IMG/VR virus record: IMGVR_UViG_3300036045_000005
Location: 1-64,000 of that record
Length of the DNA stretch: 64,000 bases
Origin: a virus
Direction: 5' to 3' (one strand)
Shown here: positions 63,217 through 64,000 of the stretch, one piece after another
Numbering within the stretch: the first letter of the stretch is position 1
Layout of the letters: each line of letters starts with the position of its first letter
The notes under the pieces: generated by a model
The model's database searches: none
What the model saw: only the letters and a program-made list of their open reading frames with translations
What the model was told of the DNA's origin: nothing
Translations under genes and position numbers: made by a program

Positions 63217-63419
63217 TGTTACTCACAAAAGCAATGGCGTTGGAAAAATTGAAACAATACTTGTCATTTGCTCCTGGCTCTGTGGGGACACCGGAGGAGC
63301 AGGCGGAGCAACTGGTCTATCGTCAACAGGTGGTTGATCGCATCTTCGGCGAGCGGATATTTGTCAATGATGCCGAGTTCGAGGAGGCATTAGACCGGCT
63401 GGAGAGTGGTGATGAGTGA
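63213..63419 (+). CDS. Hypothetical protein
   Basis: ATGA overlap. Confidence 0.6.
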   Translation: MMLLTKAMALEKLKQYLSFAPGSVGTPEEQAEQLVYRQQVVDRIFGERIFVNDAEFEEALDRLESGDE

Positions 63420-64000
63420 GACACCAAGTTTGTTTGCCGCTACCGTCGCGGCGATTGAAGAAATGGCCGTACATCTGGCAGAACAAATTGCCAGCCTGCC
63501 TCTGGCTGACCGGGTGGACGCGCTAAATCGTGCCCGTTACGCACTGCACCAGGTCAGCCCCTTCCGCGACGAACCTGTAGACTTGGTGCTGTGGCTGGAG
63601 GAAACAGCCGTAGAGCCAAACGACTACAACCCCAACTTCGTCCACCGGCCGGAAATGGAATTGTTGAATACCTCTATTGAGGTAGACCACCTGACGATGC
63701 CTATTCCGACACACGTGCCGAAGCGCGATGTGCTGGCCCTCATCGCCAGAAAAATAACAGGCATTATCGTGGATGGTGCTCATCGCCGCATTGTGGGCAC
63801 TAGCAACAAAAAAATCGCCAAACGGTTGCATGGGTATCTTCCTGTGACCATCACCCACACCTATACAGACAATGACCGCAAGGCATCCACTGTGCGCCAC
63901 AATCGGGCGCGAGGAGTACATAAGCTGGATGGCATGACTGACATCGTTTTGTCTATGCTGCGTAATGGCTGGACGGATGACGAAGTGGCAGCGGCAATGG
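63412..64000 (+). CDS. IbrB-like ParB/Srx-domain protein, 3'-truncated (not in the ORF track)
   Basis: Hand translation: LHQVSPFRDEPVDLVLW, PNDYNPN, IVDGAHR, GYLPV, ASTVRHNRARG.H. Confidence 0.85.
   Translation, partial: MSETPSLFAATVAAIEEMAVHLAEQIASLPLADRVDALNRARYALHQVSPFRDEPVDLVLWLEETAVEPNDYNPNFVHRPEMELLNTSIEVDHLTMPIPTHVPKRDVLALIARKITGIIVDGAHRRIVGTSNKKIAKRLHGYLPVTITHTYTDNDRKASTVRHNRARGVHKLDGMTDIVLSMLRNGWTDDEVAAAM

Larger units (their letters stand above)
1..64000 (+). mobile_element. Temperate tailed phage genome (siphovirus-like), partial, apparently in excised (attP) form
   Basis: Contiguous integrase, replication, terminase, portal, capsid and tail modules; no host housekeeping genes; no sheath gene seen. 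Confidence 0.95.

Overview
This window is most of a temperate siphovirus-like phage genome. Nearly all genes are on the + strand; the exceptions are a tyrosine integrase (5107-6324) and one moron (37340-37717). Gene order: accessory and early genes; xis, attP and int; a lambda-like replication module with iterons; a dense block of DNA-modification genes (adenine, C5 and MT-A70 methyltransferases, a Mom-like gene, two PAPS-reductase-like genes, GNAT plus a DUF6610-like gene); GpA-type terminase, portal, MuF, a protease-capsid fusion and tail genes; an atypical lysis region; then a second early region (RHH regulator, lipoprotein FtsK-like ATPase, SNF2 helicase, HAD phosphatase, truncated IbrB/ParB-like gene). 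The attP (3' half of a tRNA-CAT) has phage genes on both sides, so this looks like the excised form. A Chloroflexota (Anaerolineae-like) host is inferred, not shown, from an EAD7-like domain, an FLPLV motif and Thr/Ala/Pro-rich exported proteins. Best candidates for undescribed biology: (1) an intact orphan PAS-histidine kinase coupled to a coiled-coil/EAD7-like gene split by an A9 slippage site, inside the lysis region; (2) a HIP1-like iterated palindrome, ACGGCCGT, which also forms recurrent SD-palindrome-stop/start gene junctions; (3) a conserved terminator-containing leader in front of three late operons; (4) a lipoprotein FtsK-like ATPase module with a downstream repeat array, resembling Streptomyces TraB/clt. 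All family assignments come from reading motifs by eye; no database searches were run.
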